Source: Thiotrichales bacterium (GTDB lineage: Bacteria; Pseudomonadota; Gammaproteobacteria; J044). From it: 41,208 nucleotides of DNA. Within the stretch, counting starts at the first letter, position 1. Every line of letters begins with the position of its first letter. The notes under the pieces are model-generated. The model was not told where the DNA came from and did no database searches. It saw only the letters and a program-made list of their open reading frames with translations. Of this stretch, positions 20,450 to 30,757 are shown one piece after another. The stretch spans positions 1 to 41,208 of the forward strand of contig JANTGN010000002.1 in assembly GCA_024762895.1 (NCBI GenBank), read 5' to 3'. The position numbers and the translations under genes are program-made.

Positions 20450-21806
20450 GCTTCACCCCGCTCTCATCTGAAGACTCATGATCAATGATCAGGGCGCCCA
20501 CCACTTCTTCCATCGCCATGGATCGCGAGCCTTTGATTAATACCGTGACCGAGTCATCGAGCTGATCAGTCAGGGCCTGAATCAAAGACGTCTTATCGTC
20601 ATACGCAGTGGCACCAGAACCAAAACTTTCAGCCGCTTTATGAGCCAGTGCGCCCAGGACAAACAACCGATCCAGACCGGCCTCGGCGGCATATCGTCCC
20701 GCATCGCGATGAAGCTCTTCTCCTGCATCACCCAGTTCCCCCATATCACCCAGAACCAGCCAGCGCCTCCCGTCGGCCTCAGAGAGATATTCAATCGCGG
20801 CCTTAAGGGATCCCGGGTTGGCGTTATAGGTGTCGTCAATGATGCGAGCGCCCTTCAGTCCTCTTTGAACCTGCAAACGACCCGCCACACACTGAATAGA
20901 CTCAAGACCCACCTTAATCTTTTCAAGACTCAAGTCGGCTGCAATGGCGCATGCAGCCGCGGCCAGGGCATTCATACGGTTATGACTACCCGGCAAGGGT
21001 AAATCGACCGATACACGCTGACCTTGATATGCAATACTGAAAATCTGCGCATCATAAGCACCGTGGACATCCGCGCCAGGATTCATACCAAAACTAATGA
21101 CCTCCTGACCATGCAGACAGTCACGCCAGTATTCAGCGTAGACGTCGTCTTTATTCAGGATGGCAATGGCATCGGATCGCAGGGATTCAAATAGCTCACC
21201 TTTGCCGCGGGCAACCCCATCAAGATCACCAAAACCCTCCAGATGGGCCGGTGCTGCATTATTGATCAGGCCTATATCAGGGTCGGATATCTCAGCCAGA
21301 TACCGAATCTCTTCCAGGTGATTCGCACCCATCTCTATCACTGCAAACTCATGCTCTGGACGTAGTTCGAGTAGTGTCAGTGGCATACCGATATCGTTAT
21401 TCAGATTGCCCCTGGTTGCCAGAACACGTCCGTGTTGCTTGAAGATGGCTGCAATCATTTCTTTGACGGTGGTCTTTCCGTTACTACCAGTCAGCCCCAC
21501 CATCACGGGCTTCAGGTCCTGGCGCCACCCTGCCGCTAAATTTCCCAGACCAAGGCGCGTATCATCGACCAGTACCTGTGGTATCGCGCATTCAATAGCT
21601 CGTGAGACCATGGCCGCAGCGGCCCCTCTGGCCGACGCCTGCGACACATAATCATGCCCGTCAAAGTTCTCGCCATTCAGTGCGATAAACAACTCACCCG
21701 ATTGCAGAGTACGGGTATCAGTGGAGACACCCGTCACATCAACGACCTGCCCCTGAAGTCGTCCACCCGCGTAAGCCGCCACCCTGTCCAGACTCAGCCA
21801 GCTCAT
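20439..21806 (-). CDS. murF: UDP-N-acetylmuramoyl-tripeptide--D-alanyl-D-alanine ligase
   Basis: Mur ligase P-loop [13 protein letters not shown]. It lies between murE and mraY. Confidence 0.94.
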   Translation of the reverse strand: MSWLSLDRVAAYAGGRLQGQVVDVTGVSTDTRTLQSGELFIALNGENFDGHDYVSQASARGAAAAMVSRAIECAIPQVLVDDTRLGLGNLAAGWRQDLKPVMVGLTGSNGKTTVKEMIAAIFKQHGRVLATRGNLNNDIGMPLTLLELRPEHEFAVIEMGANHLEEIRYLAEISDPDIGLINNAAPAHLEGFGDLDGVARGKGELFESLRSDAIAILNKDDVYAEYWRDCLHGQEVISFGMNPGADVHGAYDAQIFSIAYQGQRVSVDLPLPGSHNRMNALAAAACAIAADLSLEKIKVGLESIQCVAGRLQVQRGLKGARIIDDTYNANPGSLKAAIEYLSEADGRRWLVLGDMGELGDAGEELHRDAGRYAAEAGLDRLFVLGALAHKAAESFGSGATAYDDKTSLIQALTDQLDDSVTVLIKGSRSMAMEEVVGALIIDHESSDESGVKHAS

Positions 21807-23284
21807 GTCACTGCCTCACTCAGATAGCGCGCCACCTCGTCTCGATCGCTCAGATAGATATACTCATCGCCTATCACCTGCACGGTCTCATGACCTTTGC
21901 CAGCAATCAGGACGACATCATTCGATCCTGCCTGCGACAGGGCCTGCTCAATTGCAACCGCCCGGTCCATCTCAACCATGACAGCGGATGGCTGAGTGAA
22001 GCCCAGCATAATCTGATTGATGATCTGCTCGGGGGCCTCACTACGCGGATTGTCATTGGTTACCACCACTCTATCCGCAAACTGCTCGGCAATGGCCGCC
22101 ATCAGAGGACGCTTGCCCTGATCTCGATCCCCCCCACAACCAAAGACGCACCACAATTCACCTTTGCAGTGCTCTCTTGCCGCAGTCAGGACATGTTCCA
22201 GGGCCGCAGGGGTGTGCGCATAATCAATAATGGCTAGAGGACCAACCTCCCCCCCAAAGGACTCCATACGACCAGGTACCGTATGCACTCGACTTAATCT
22301 AACCAGCGCCTCGGCAAGTTCTACACCCTGGACCAGCATGGCAGCCAGTGCGGCCAGCAGGTTCTGTACATTGAATCGCCCCAGCAAGGAGCTGCTGAAC
22401 TCATCCTCACCCCATGGGGTCTGGACCTTGATATGTGTACCACGACTATCAAACGTAATGTCTTTCGCTATCACGGCATCGAATTCATACTGCGTTTTGC
22501 GCGTACCAAAACCCAGTACGCGCAACTCATCTTTCAAGGAGTCAGCCAGCGCGTCACCATAAGGGTCATCAAGATTGAGGACCGCCACCCCAAGTGCAGG
22601 GTTCTGGAACAGACGGCGCTTGGCGGCCGCATAGGCCTCCAGGTCTCCGTGATAATCCAGATGATCACGGGTCAGGTTCGTAAAGATGGCGACATCAAAC
22701 CGGACCCCCTCCACTCGCCCCTGATCGAGGGCATGCGAAGAAACTTCCAGTGCCACCCAGCGGATCCTCTGATCACGCATCTCCGCCAAAATACCCTGCA
22801 GGGCGATCGCGTCTGGCGTTGTATGCATGGTTTTTCTGAGCCCGCCAATTAAGCCGCTTCCCAGGGTGCCGATATATCCGGCGGGCAGATCCTCGTCATC
22901 CAGCGCCTCTGCCAGAATATGTGCCACCGAGGTCTTGCCATCCGTCCCCGTGACACCCAAGACCGTCATGTTGCGTGAAGGGTGACCATAAAAACGACTG
23001 GCGATTTTACCCAGCTGATAACGAAGGTTAGCAACCTCAATCACCGGAACATGGTGCTGAAGTTCATGGGCACTCACATCTGGGCTAGATTCCCAGATGA
23101 TGGCAATTGCTCCCTCAGCAATTGCCTGCTCGGCATAGGCCAAACCATGCTCCTGAAGACCAGCCATGGCCACAAACAAAAATCCCGGCCTTACCTTTCG
23201 GCTATCCAGCGCCATACCCAGAATCTCGAGATCTTCAAAGGCAAGCTCCTCAACATACCCCTCCAGAAGCCTGGATAACCTCAT
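21803..23284 (-). CDS. murE: UDP-N-acetylmuramoyl-L-alanyl-D-glutamate--2,6-diaminopimelate ligase
   Basis: P-loop VTGTDGKTSV and a DNPR motif (VVVTNDNPRSE), which is typical of meso-DAP-adding MurE. Confidence 0.94.
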   Translation of the reverse strand: MRLSRLLEGYVEELAFEDLEILGMALDSRKVRPGFLFVAMAGLQEHGLAYAEQAIAEGAIAIIWESSPDVSAHELQHHVPVIEVANLRYQLGKIASRFYGHPSRNMTVLGVTGTDGKTSVAHILAEALDDEDLPAGYIGTLGSGLIGGLRKTMHTTPDAIALQGILAEMRDQRIRWVALEVSSHALDQGRVEGVRFDVAIFTNLTRDHLDYHGDLEAYAAAKRRLFQNPALGVAVLNLDDPYGDALADSLKDELRVLGFGTRKTQYEFDAVIAKDITFDSRGTHIKVQTPWGEDEFSSSLLGRFNVQNLLAALAAMLVQGVELAEALVRLSRVHTVPGRMESFGGEVGPLAIIDYAHTPAALEHVLTAAREHCKGELWCVFGCGGDRDQGKRPLMAAIAEQFADRVVVTNDNPRSEAPEQIINQIMLGFTQPSAVMVEMDRAVAIEQALSQAGSNDVVLIAGKGHETVQVIGDEYIYLSDRDEVARYLSEAVT

Positions 23285-24990
23285 ACCCTCGGCTCCTTAC
23301 TCGCTGCCGATGCCCTGACCGCCTCATAATCATCAGGTGCAATATCAAGGAGGCGTACCGCTCCGGACATAATTCGAGAAAAGACAGGTCCTGCAACCCG
23401 GCCCCCATAAAACTCTTCCTTGCGGGGCTCGTTAATCATGACGACTGCGACCAGCTCGGGATTGACCGCTGGCACCATACCAGCGAAGACCGCAATATAG
23501 CGGTCTTCAGCATATCCACCGGCTATCGACTTGCGCGCCGTCCCGGTTTTGCCGGCAACGGTATAACCCTCCACCCTGGCGAGATAGCCTGTACCCTCCT
23601 TGCGCACGACCCCTTGAAGCATACGGCGTACGGCCTTGGCCGTCTCCGGTTTCATGACCTGCCGTGATTCAGGCATATCAACACGCATAAAACTCGCTGG
23701 ATGATAGACTCCATCGGCGGCCAGCACCGCGTAGGCCTCGGCCAGCTGCAATGGCGTGACCGACAGGCCATAACCGAAGGACAAGGTCGCCTTTTCAAAT
23801 TCACGCCAGCGCGAAAAATCATTCAAAAGACCGGCCGACTCTCCGGGAAAACCGCTATCGGTCACCTGCCCGAATCCGATACCGTCAAACATCGACCAAA
23901 GCTCACCAGAGGGGAGCTCAAGGGCCAGCTTACTGGCGCCGACATTACTGGATTTACTCAGAATCTTACCGAGACTAAGTCGGCCATAATTCCGGGAATC
24001 CTTGATCTGCTTGCCCTGCACGCGATAATAACCCGGTGCAGTATTAATAATGCTGGAAGGGGCATAGCGCCCGGAATCGATCGCTGCCGCCACCACAAAG
24101 GGCTTAACGGTTGAGCCTGGCTCAAATACATCGGTGACTGCACGATTTCTAAATGAACTGGTTTTAACCCCCTTACGATTATTAGGATTAAAGGCCGGTT
24201 GATTTACCATCGCCAGCACCTCGCCATTATCGGGCCGCATCACGACCACAGACCCCGATACCGCCTGATGCTCCTGCACGGCGCGCTTTAATTCGCGATA
24301 GGCCAGGTATTGCAGGCGACTATCGATACTGATTGTCAGTTGCTGGCCAGGAGAGGGGGCACGAATCTGCTCCACATCATCCACCACACGCCCCAAACGA
24401 TCCTTGACCACACGCTTCAGACCAGACTCACCACTGAGCCATTCATCATAGGCCAGCTCCAAACCCTCCTGACCATGATCGTCTATATTGGTAAAGCCCA
24501 ACACATGCGCCATCACCTCACCCATGGGGTAGAAGCGGCGATATTCGCGCTGTAGCGACACACCAGGCAGGCCCAGCGCCATCACCTGACGCGCCTTTTC
24601 GGGATTCACCCTCCTTTTGATGTATAAAAACTCCTTATCCGCTTTCCCTGCCAGGCGCTGCAATAGACTCTCACTATCCATTCCAAGGAGGTGTGCCAGC
24701 TCCGGCAAACGGTCCTGCGCATGAATCAGTTCAGAAGGGTCTGCCCAGACCGTATCCACGGGTGTACTAATGGCAACCGCTTCTCCTAAGCGATCAGTGA
24801 TCATGCCACGATGGGCTGGCATTTCGACCACACGCAAATGACGAGACTCACCCTCGCCACTGAGGCGCTCGTGATCCAGGACCTGCAGATAAAATCCACG
24901 AGCCCCCAGGGAGGCCATAGCAAGCGCGAAGAGGGACAATACAAACACCCTTCGCACTCGATATCCCAATTGACCGCCCTGTTCACTCAT
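23281..24990 (-). CDS. ftsI: peptidoglycan D,D-transpeptidase FtsI (PBP3)
   Basis: N-terminal TM anchor, plus the class B PBP motifs STVKP, SSN (KSSNVGASK) and KTGT. Confidence 0.95.
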   Translation of the reverse strand: MSEQGGQLGYRVRRVFVLSLFALAMASLGARGFYLQVLDHERLSGEGESRHLRVVEMPAHRGMITDRLGEAVAISTPVDTVWADPSELIHAQDRLPELAHLLGMDSESLLQRLAGKADKEFLYIKRRVNPEKARQVMALGLPGVSLQREYRRFYPMGEVMAHVLGFTNIDDHGQEGLELAYDEWLSGESGLKRVVKDRLGRVVDDVEQIRAPSPGQQLTISIDSRLQYLAYRELKRAVQEHQAVSGSVVVMRPDNGEVLAMVNQPAFNPNNRKGVKTSSFRNRAVTDVFEPGSTVKPFVVAAAIDSGRYAPSSIINTAPGYYRVQGKQIKDSRNYGRLSLGKILSKSSNVGASKLALELPSGELWSMFDGIGFGQVTDSGFPGESAGLLNDFSRWREFEKATLSFGYGLSVTPLQLAEAYAVLAADGVYHPASFMRVDMPESRQVMKPETAKAVRRMLQGVVRKEGTGYLARVEGYTVAGKTGTARKSIAGGYAEDRYIAVFAGMVPAVNPELVAVVMINEPRKEEFYGGRVAGPVFSRIMSGAVRLLDIAPDDYEAVRASAASKEPRV

Positions 24991-25259
24991 GGACTATAAA
25001 TCACCGTATCTTTTGCCATCGGTAGACGCATATTCAGCTTTTCATGCGCAATACGCTCTATGCGCCCATGCGCAGCCCATGCGCCCTGCTCCAACTGAAG
25101 ACGACCCCATTCAATATCCAGGTCATCACGTTCACGAGACAACTGCTGCAACACGACAAACTGTTTCCGTCCCTCGTGCCTGGCATAGACCACACCCACC
25201 GCCGAGGAGACGACCATCACCACCAACAGCCCCAGCACGACAAATTGCCCCGTCATCAC
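24987..25259 (-). CDS. ftsL: cell division protein FtsL
   Basis: 90 aa, with a single TM followed by a leucine-zipper-like helix. It lies between rsmH and ftsI, with 4-nt overlaps on both sides. Confidence 0.85.
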   Translation of the reverse strand: MMTGQFVVLGLLVVMVVSSAVGVVYARHEGRKQFVVLQQLSRERDDLDIEWGRLQLEQGAWAAHGRIERIAHEKLNMRLPMAKDTVIYSP

Positions 25260-26188
25260 AGACGCTCCGCCACGCGCATAATCGCACTGCGCGCCCTGGG
25301 GTTCGCCGCTACCTCATCCTCTCCTGGACGAATAGCCTTACCCACCAGTTTCAGGCGCCCTGCCGCTGCAGCACCCGGCACGGGCAAGCGCCTGGGCACA
25401 GGCTCACCCTGGGTCTCGCGTCGCATAAAACGCTTAACAATACGATCCTCAAGAGAATGAAAACTGATAACCGCCAGACGTCCACCCTTAGCCAGGACCG
25501 AGACCGCGGCCTCCAGTCCTTTCTGCAGATCGTCCAGCTCTTCATTAATAAAGATACGAATGGCCTGAAAACTTCTGGTGGCCGGATGCTTACCTTTTTC
25601 ATGCTTTGGCACGGCATCGGCAATGATCTCGGCCAGTCGCAGAGTATCCTTAATAGGATCCAGTTCGCGTTCACGAACAATAGCCCTGGCAATACGTCGC
25701 GAAAAGCGCTCATCGCCATACTGATAAATCACATCTGCAATTTCTTTTTCGGGCGCCTGCGCCAGCCATTGCGCCGCACTTTGACCGACCTCGGGATTCA
25801 TTCGCATATCAAGCCGACCAGACTTGAGAAAACTAAACCCCCGCTGCGCATCATCAAGCTGAGGTGAAGAGACGCCGAGATCCAGCAACACACCACTCAC
25901 GGCACCCGCCCAGCCACGAGCCTCGGAAAATTCGTCCATCTGGGCAAAGGAACCCGACTCGATATCAAAGCGACCTTCATCAGCCCAGCGCCGACGCGCA
26001 TCATCAATGGCCTCGGGATCTTTATCGATTGCAAGCACACAACCCTGGGAAGAGAGACGCCCCAACAAAGCCGCGGTATGACCACCACGACCATAGGTGC
26101 CATCGATGTAAATGCCTGCATCATCCCAAACCAGCGCGTCAACGGCCTCCTTAAGCAGCACCGTCTCGTGACTCATAGCGACACTCAT
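25256..26188 (-). CDS. rsmH: 16S rRNA (cytosine1402-N4)-methyltransferase
   Basis: HETVLLKEAVDAL, DGTYGRGGHT, LLDLGVSSPQLD and SFHSLEDRIVK are MraW/RsmH hallmarks. Confidence 0.96.
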   Translation of the reverse strand: MSVAMSHETVLLKEAVDALVWDDAGIYIDGTYGRGGHTAALLGRLSSQGCVLAIDKDPEAIDDARRRWADEGRFDIESGSFAQMDEFSEARGWAGAVSGVLLDLGVSSPQLDDAQRGFSFLKSGRLDMRMNPEVGQSAAQWLAQAPEKEIADVIYQYGDERFSRRIARAIVRERELDPIKDTLRLAEIIADAVPKHEKGKHPATRSFQAIRIFINEELDDLQKGLEAAVSVLAKGGRLAVISFHSLEDRIVKRFMRRETQGEPVPRRLPVPGAAAAGRLKLVGKAIRPGEDEVAANPRARSAIMRVAERL

Positions 26189-26634
26189 AGCGACAGAGAC
26201 TCTAGCGCTGCAGCCGGGTCTCCGGCGATTTCATCCTCCAGCCATGCATCACGCTGCCTGGCCCAGACCTCCTCATCCCAGAGCTCAAACTTATTACCCT
26301 GCCCCACCAGCACCGCATGTTTTTGCAGTTCTGCATACTCGCGCAGAGTGGGGGGCACCAGGACACGACCCTGACCATCGATCTCGACATCCGTGGCATG
26401 CCCCACGATCAGACGCTGCAGGCGACGCACCTGAGGATTCATATTGGGACGGGACATCAGGGCCTTTTCGATCTGCTCCCACTCGGTCAGGGGATAGAGC
26501 AGCAGGCAGCGATCAACATCGATGGTGAAAATCAAACGCCCACCACAGGACTCAAGCAGACGATCACGATACCTGGCCGGTATCGCCATACGCCCCTTCG
26601 CGTCCAGATTTAGATTGTTGACCCCTCGGAACAT
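26185..26634 (-). CDS. mraZ: division/cell wall cluster transcriptional regulator MraZ
   Basis: MFRGVNNLNLDAKGRMAIPARYR plus a second DGQGRVLVP repeat (two SpoVT/AbrB-like halves). GAGGGG SD upstream. Confidence 0.95.
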   Translation of the reverse strand: MFRGVNNLNLDAKGRMAIPARYRDRLLESCGGRLIFTIDVDRCLLLYPLTEWEQIEKALMSRPNMNPQVRRLQRLIVGHATDVEIDGQGRVLVPPTLREYAELQKHAVLVGQGNKFELWDEEVWARQRDAWLEDEIAGDPAAALESLSL

Positions 26635-26659
26635 GAACCCCTCTTTAGCGGGCGACTAA

Positions 26660-26684
26660 CCCACAATCTCCCACTTCCTCCCAC
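26660..26684 (-). promoter_or_regulatory. three direct GTGGG repeats with exact 10-bp phasing (candidate MraZ operator)
   Basis: The minus strand reads GTGGGAGGAA GTGGGAGATT GTGGG. On the plus strand this is cccac at 26660-64, 26670-74 and 26680-84. The repeats begin 8 nt downstream of the -10 hexamer and end about 25 nt upstream of the mraZ ATG. E. coli MraZ is reported to bind TGGGN direct repeats with the same periodicity. Confidence 0.7.
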
Positions 26685-26692
26685 ATTCCTAC

Positions 26693-26722
26693 ACTATAGA
26701 AACCCAAACACTCAAATGTCAA
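26693..26722 (-). promoter_or_regulatory. sigma70-type promoter of the mraZ/dcw operon (Pmra candidate)
   Basis: The minus strand reads TTGACA (26722-26717), an 18-nt spacer, then TATAGT (26698-26693). It sits about 60-90 nt upstream of the mraZ ATG. Confidence 0.65.
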
Positions 26723-26734
26723 GCAAAATGAGGG

Positions 26735-26761
26735 ACAAAAGAAGATAAATTCTTCTTTTGT
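26735..26761 (-). terminator. perfect 10-bp inverted repeat hairpin (possible rnpB transcript end / insulator before Pmra)
   Basis: ACAAAAGAAG-ataaatt-CTTCTTTTGT. It is AT-rich with no clean downstream T-tract. It lies 145 nt downstream of the rnpB 3' end and 13 nt upstream of the Pmra -35. Confidence 0.3.
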
Positions 26762-26905
26762 GACAAGGACTTAGTGAAACAAGACAAAGGTGGGGAGAAA
26801 CTGCTTTAAAACTAAATACAGTTTAAAAAATCAAATCAGTTTGTTGGGGGTTAATGCTGAGAAGTTACATTAAGTTTAAGGGTTTTAAGGACACATCAGG
26901 AGAGA

Positions 26906-27258
<353 letters not shown>

Positions 27259-27973
27259 ATGGTGGAGGATACCATACTCTGATTGGCAGATTTACCCACG
27301 CCTGATTTTAAACGCCTCTTCATTACGCCCAACCAGCGATTACAGGGATTTTCCCGTTTCAGGAAAGGTAAAACCGATGGATCACGACGGTTATATTTGT
27401 CATGCAACTCAACCAGAACCGGCATATCGGGATACAACGATAGGCCATGCTCAACGGCCTGCATCAATTTTTCGATATTTCCGCAGGCCAGCTCAGCCCG
27501 AGCCAGATTCAGAAAGATCTGCAGGGGCGGTTTCCCTTCCTTGGCCGCGATACGACAAAAGACAACGCCATCCTGATCACCACCCATGACCTGGGAGAGT
27601 CCAAGCCAGGAGCGACAAAGCTGAACATCCTCAGCAAGAAAGGCCTCAGACTCAAGCAGGTCACTAAAAAAAACGGCCGCCACCTCATGATTTCCGGCCT
27701 GAAAAAATTTAACTCCCTCCTTGAAGTCCTCTGAGTCCATAATACTGATGTCAGTCATGCGTTCATCCTGTTGATGGTTTTAATGGGCAGTAGTTATTGT
27801 TCTTATTAGCTAAAGTACACACAATTGCCCTGATAAAGCGTTATCTACCTCTCAAAACCCAATAAGAAATATCTTGCCCGATAAGGCATCGATGCCAATG
27901 GACCAAACCCAGTCTCCGCCCGAGCCTGCCCAAAATGATAAGGAATACGGCAACCTGGCTGCCTGACAGACCA

Positions 27974-28822
27974 CTACCCCTTCAGGGCAAGCCCCGCCTG
28001 ATAGACCATTCGATTCTGCAGACCATGTCTTTTGGCCGTCAGCCTTGCCGCCTGCTTCAAAGGCAACTCCTCCATTAGCACTCGTAGTGTCTGCAGGGCC
28101 TCCTCATCCAGTGCCTGATCACCCTCTGCCGGGGACACCCCATGGATCAGCACGACAAACTCTCCCTTCTGATGATTGGCATCTGACGTAACCCACTGAA
28201 CCAGACCAGCCAAATCGCCAGCCTGAATCTCCTCGAATGTCTTGGTCAGCTCCCGAGCCACCACCGCCTGACGTTGTATTCCAAAGATAGCAGCCATATC
28301 CTGCAAACTGTCCACAATACGGTGACAGGATTCATAAAAAACCAGGGTACGGGATTCATTTGCCAGTGTTTCCAGGTAGCGCTTTCTCACCCCCTGCTTG
28401 GGCGGAGGAAAACCCTCAAACGCGAATCGATCGGTAGGTAACCCAGAGACCGACAGGGCCGCTATAACCGCAGAAGGTCCAGGCACCGGCACAACGACAA
28501 AACCCTCCTCACGCGCCCTCTGCACCATGCGATACCCCGGATCACTGATTAATGGCGTACCCGCATCGGAGATCAGGGCCAGCGATTTGCCTTCACTCAG
28601 CATCTGAAGCAGACGCTCAGATTGCTGCTGCTCATTGTGGTCATGCAAACTCAGCATGCGCGTAGTGATCCCAAAATGCTGCAATAAACGACCGCTGTGC
28701 CGGGTATCTTCCGCCGCTATCCAGTCCACCTGCTGCAATACTTCGATAGCACGAGGACTCATATCTCCGAGATTACCGAGCGGCGTGGCCACGATATATA
28801 AAACACCGCTTGTTTCAATCAT
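27974..28822 (-). CDS. rsmI: 16S rRNA (cytidine1402-2'-O)-methyltransferase
   Basis: LYIVATPLGNLGDMSPRAIEVL and the tetrapyrrole-methylase-like fold (SDAGTPLISDPG). The ATG at 28822 is preferred over the GTG at 28855, but the start is uncertain. Confidence 0.92.
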   Translation of the reverse strand: MIETSGVLYIVATPLGNLGDMSPRAIEVLQQVDWIAAEDTRHSGRLLQHFGITTRMLSLHDHNEQQQSERLLQMLSEGKSLALISDAGTPLISDPGYRMVQRAREEGFVVVPVPGPSAVIAALSVSGLPTDRFAFEGFPPPKQGVRKRYLETLANESRTLVFYESCHRIVDSLQDMAAIFGIQRQAVVARELTKTFEEIQAGDLAGLVQWVTSDANHQKGEFVVLIHGVSPAEGDQALDEEALQTLRVLMEELPLKQAARLTAKRHGLQNRMVYQAGLALKG

Positions 28823-28827
28823 TGAGT

Positions 28828-28833
28828 TATAAT
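28828..28833 (+). promoter_or_regulatory. consensus TATAAT hexamer, possible -10 of lpoA promoter
   Basis: A perfect TATAAT lies 32 nt upstream of the lpoA ATG, in the very short rsmI/lpoA divergent spacer. No good -35 was seen. Confidence 0.3.
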
Positions 28834-28865
28834 CCGCACAATCATCCAGCAACACACTCTACACG

Positions 28866-30746
28866 ATGCCCAGTACATTATTAAAAAGAACCTGCATAAT
28901 ACTCACCCTGACCCTACTAGCCGCCTGCGCCGTTCCAGAAAAGGGCATCCAGGATACCGATCAGCAATTAATCGAGGCCGCCAACAGACTCTCCGAAGGT
29001 GACAACCAGGGAGCACTCTCTATTTATGCCGAACTGGCTCGTAACGCCGAACAACCTGAACGGGACCGCTTCCAGCTACTCGCCCTGGAAGCGGCGCTAA
29101 CACCCGATCTACTGCCGACGGCCAAGCAATACCTGGCGGTACTGGATGACAAACACCTCAGCCATGAAGAACAGGCGCGCAAACGCCTGGCCATGGCCCG
29201 TATCGCCCTGATAGAGAATCACCCGGGCAAGGCCCTGGATGCCTTGGCCTTCCCTACCGACAAACTCAGTCCCGTTCTTCAGCGCACGTTTCTACGGACA
29301 CAGGCGGAGGCCACTCTGGCCAGTGGCCTGAACCTGGAGGCCATTCAGACCTACCTGCAACTCGAGGATCTCATTGAGGAGCCCATCGAGGCACAGGAGA
29401 ACCGCGAGGCACTCTGGGCCGCACTGATACAGACCAATAGCCAGGACCTCTACCAATGGTCTGCCCGCACCCAGGACCCCATACTTAAGGGCTGGATGGA
29501 GCTGGCCTATATCGCGAATACGACGCCCGTACAGGGGGGCGAACTCGACAGGCAACTTGATGCCTGGGCACAGGCCTACCCCGAACACCCCGCCAACCCG
29601 GGTATGCTCACCCAGTTACGTGCCCAGTGGGCCGAACTCCAGAAATATCCGGCCAAGATTGGCGTCTTCTTACCCCTGAAAGGACGCATTGCCCCCATTA
29701 GCCAGGCCGTTATCGACGGACTACTGGCGGCCTACTATGATCACCCTTCCGACCTTCAACGACCGGATATTGTTTTTTATGACACCTCAGACACCTCCTC
29801 GTCTATTGACCGTCTCTATGGCCAGGCCATAGAGGATGGTGTTGAATTCATTATCGGCCCCCTGAACAAGGACAATGTCGAAAAAATGGCCAATGCCGTC
29901 GAGATGACGGTGCCGGTCCTGGCACTCAATGCGCTGGACCCCGACATGACACCACCGGAAAATTTCTACCAGTTTGGGCTGGCCCCCGAAGATGAGGCCC
30001 GCCAGGCCGCTGAACGCGCTTCCATCGATGGCTTTGAATTTGGTATCGCCTACGCCCCTAGAAATAACTGGGGCGAGCGTATCCTTGAAAGCTTCACCCA
30101 GCGGTATGAGGAACTGAGCGGGACGGTATTAAGTACCGGTTATTTTGACCCCAAGTCAGCGGATTACTCATCCACCATCATGCGCACCCTGAACCTGGAT
30201 AAGAGCAAGCTTCGGTCACGCCAGGTGCAGACTACCATCAAACAGAACGTAAAATTCGAACCCCGGCGCCGACAGGATGTCCAGTTCATCTTTGTGGCCG
30301 CGACCCCAAGACAGGCAAGACTGATCAAGCCACAGCTCAAATATCATCGCAGCGGCGACCTTCCCGTCTACGCGACGTCGCATGTCTTCTCGGGCGAGGT
30401 CAATAAAAATGCCGACCGCGACCTCGATGGTATCGTCTACAGCGAGATCCCCTGGCTGATCCAGAATGCCAACCCCGAACCTGAGATCAAGGCAGAACTG
30501 ACTCGCCTGGATCCAACCGCCAGCAACAAGTATCCTCGCCTGATGGCGCTGGGCGTCGATAGTTATCGACTCATCCCGTATCTACCCAGACTCTCTGTAA
30601 AAAACTATGAGCATTTCGAAGGGGTAACAGGCAACCTCTCACTGGATAACGACCGACAGGTCCACCGCCAGCTGAAATGGGCCCGCTTTAATAAGGGCAT
30701 CCCGGTCTCCATGAGCCAGTCAGCCGACACCGAAAAGAACTACTAA
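28866..30746 (+). CDS. lpoA: penicillin-binding protein activator LpoA (YraM family lipoprotein)
   Basis: Lipobox LTLLAAC. It has an N-terminal TPR-like helical domain and a C-terminal periplasmic-binding-protein-like domain (IGVFLPLKG..., FIIGPLNKDNV). It sits in the conserved rsmI / lpoA-yraN-diaA arrangement. Confidence 0.9.
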   Translation: MPSTLLKRTCIILTLTLLAACAVPEKGIQDTDQQLIEAANRLSEGDNQGALSIYAELARNAEQPERDRFQLLALEAALTPDLLPTAKQYLAVLDDKHLSHEEQARKRLAMARIALIENHPGKALDALAFPTDKLSPVLQRTFLRTQAEATLASGLNLEAIQTYLQLEDLIEEPIEAQENREALWAALIQTNSQDLYQWSARTQDPILKGWMELAYIANTTPVQGGELDRQLDAWAQAYPEHPANPGMLTQLRAQWAELQKYPAKIGVFLPLKGRIAPISQAVIDGLLAAYYDHPSDLQRPDIVFYDTSDTSSSIDRLYGQAIEDGVEFIIGPLNKDNVEKMANAVEMTVPVLALNALDPDMTPPENFYQFGLAPEDEARQAAERASIDGFEFGIAYAPRNNWGERILESFTQRYEELSGTVLSTGYFDPKSADYSSTIMRTLNLDKSKLRSRQVQTTIKQNVKFEPRRRQDVQFIFVAATPRQARLIKPQLKYHRSGDLPVYATSHVFSGEVNKNADRDLDGIVYSEIPWLIQNANPEPEIKAELTRLDPTASNKYPRLMALGVDSYRLIPYLPRLSVKNYEHFEGVTGNLSLDNDRQVHRQLKWARFNKGIPVSMSQSADTEKNY

Positions 30747-30757
30747 ATCGTGACAGC

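Noticed and set aside
24989-25867. 292-aa plus-strand ORF
   Set aside because: It is antisense to ftsL and rsmH. It is Pro/Arg/Thr/His-rich and low-complexity, as expected from the reverse frame of a GC-biased coding region.
27885-27896. Perfect 12-bp palindrome GGCATCGATGCC downstream of rsmI
   Set aside because: It has no loop and no T-tract, so it is not a credible terminator. It occurs once and is too short to call an operator without comparative data.
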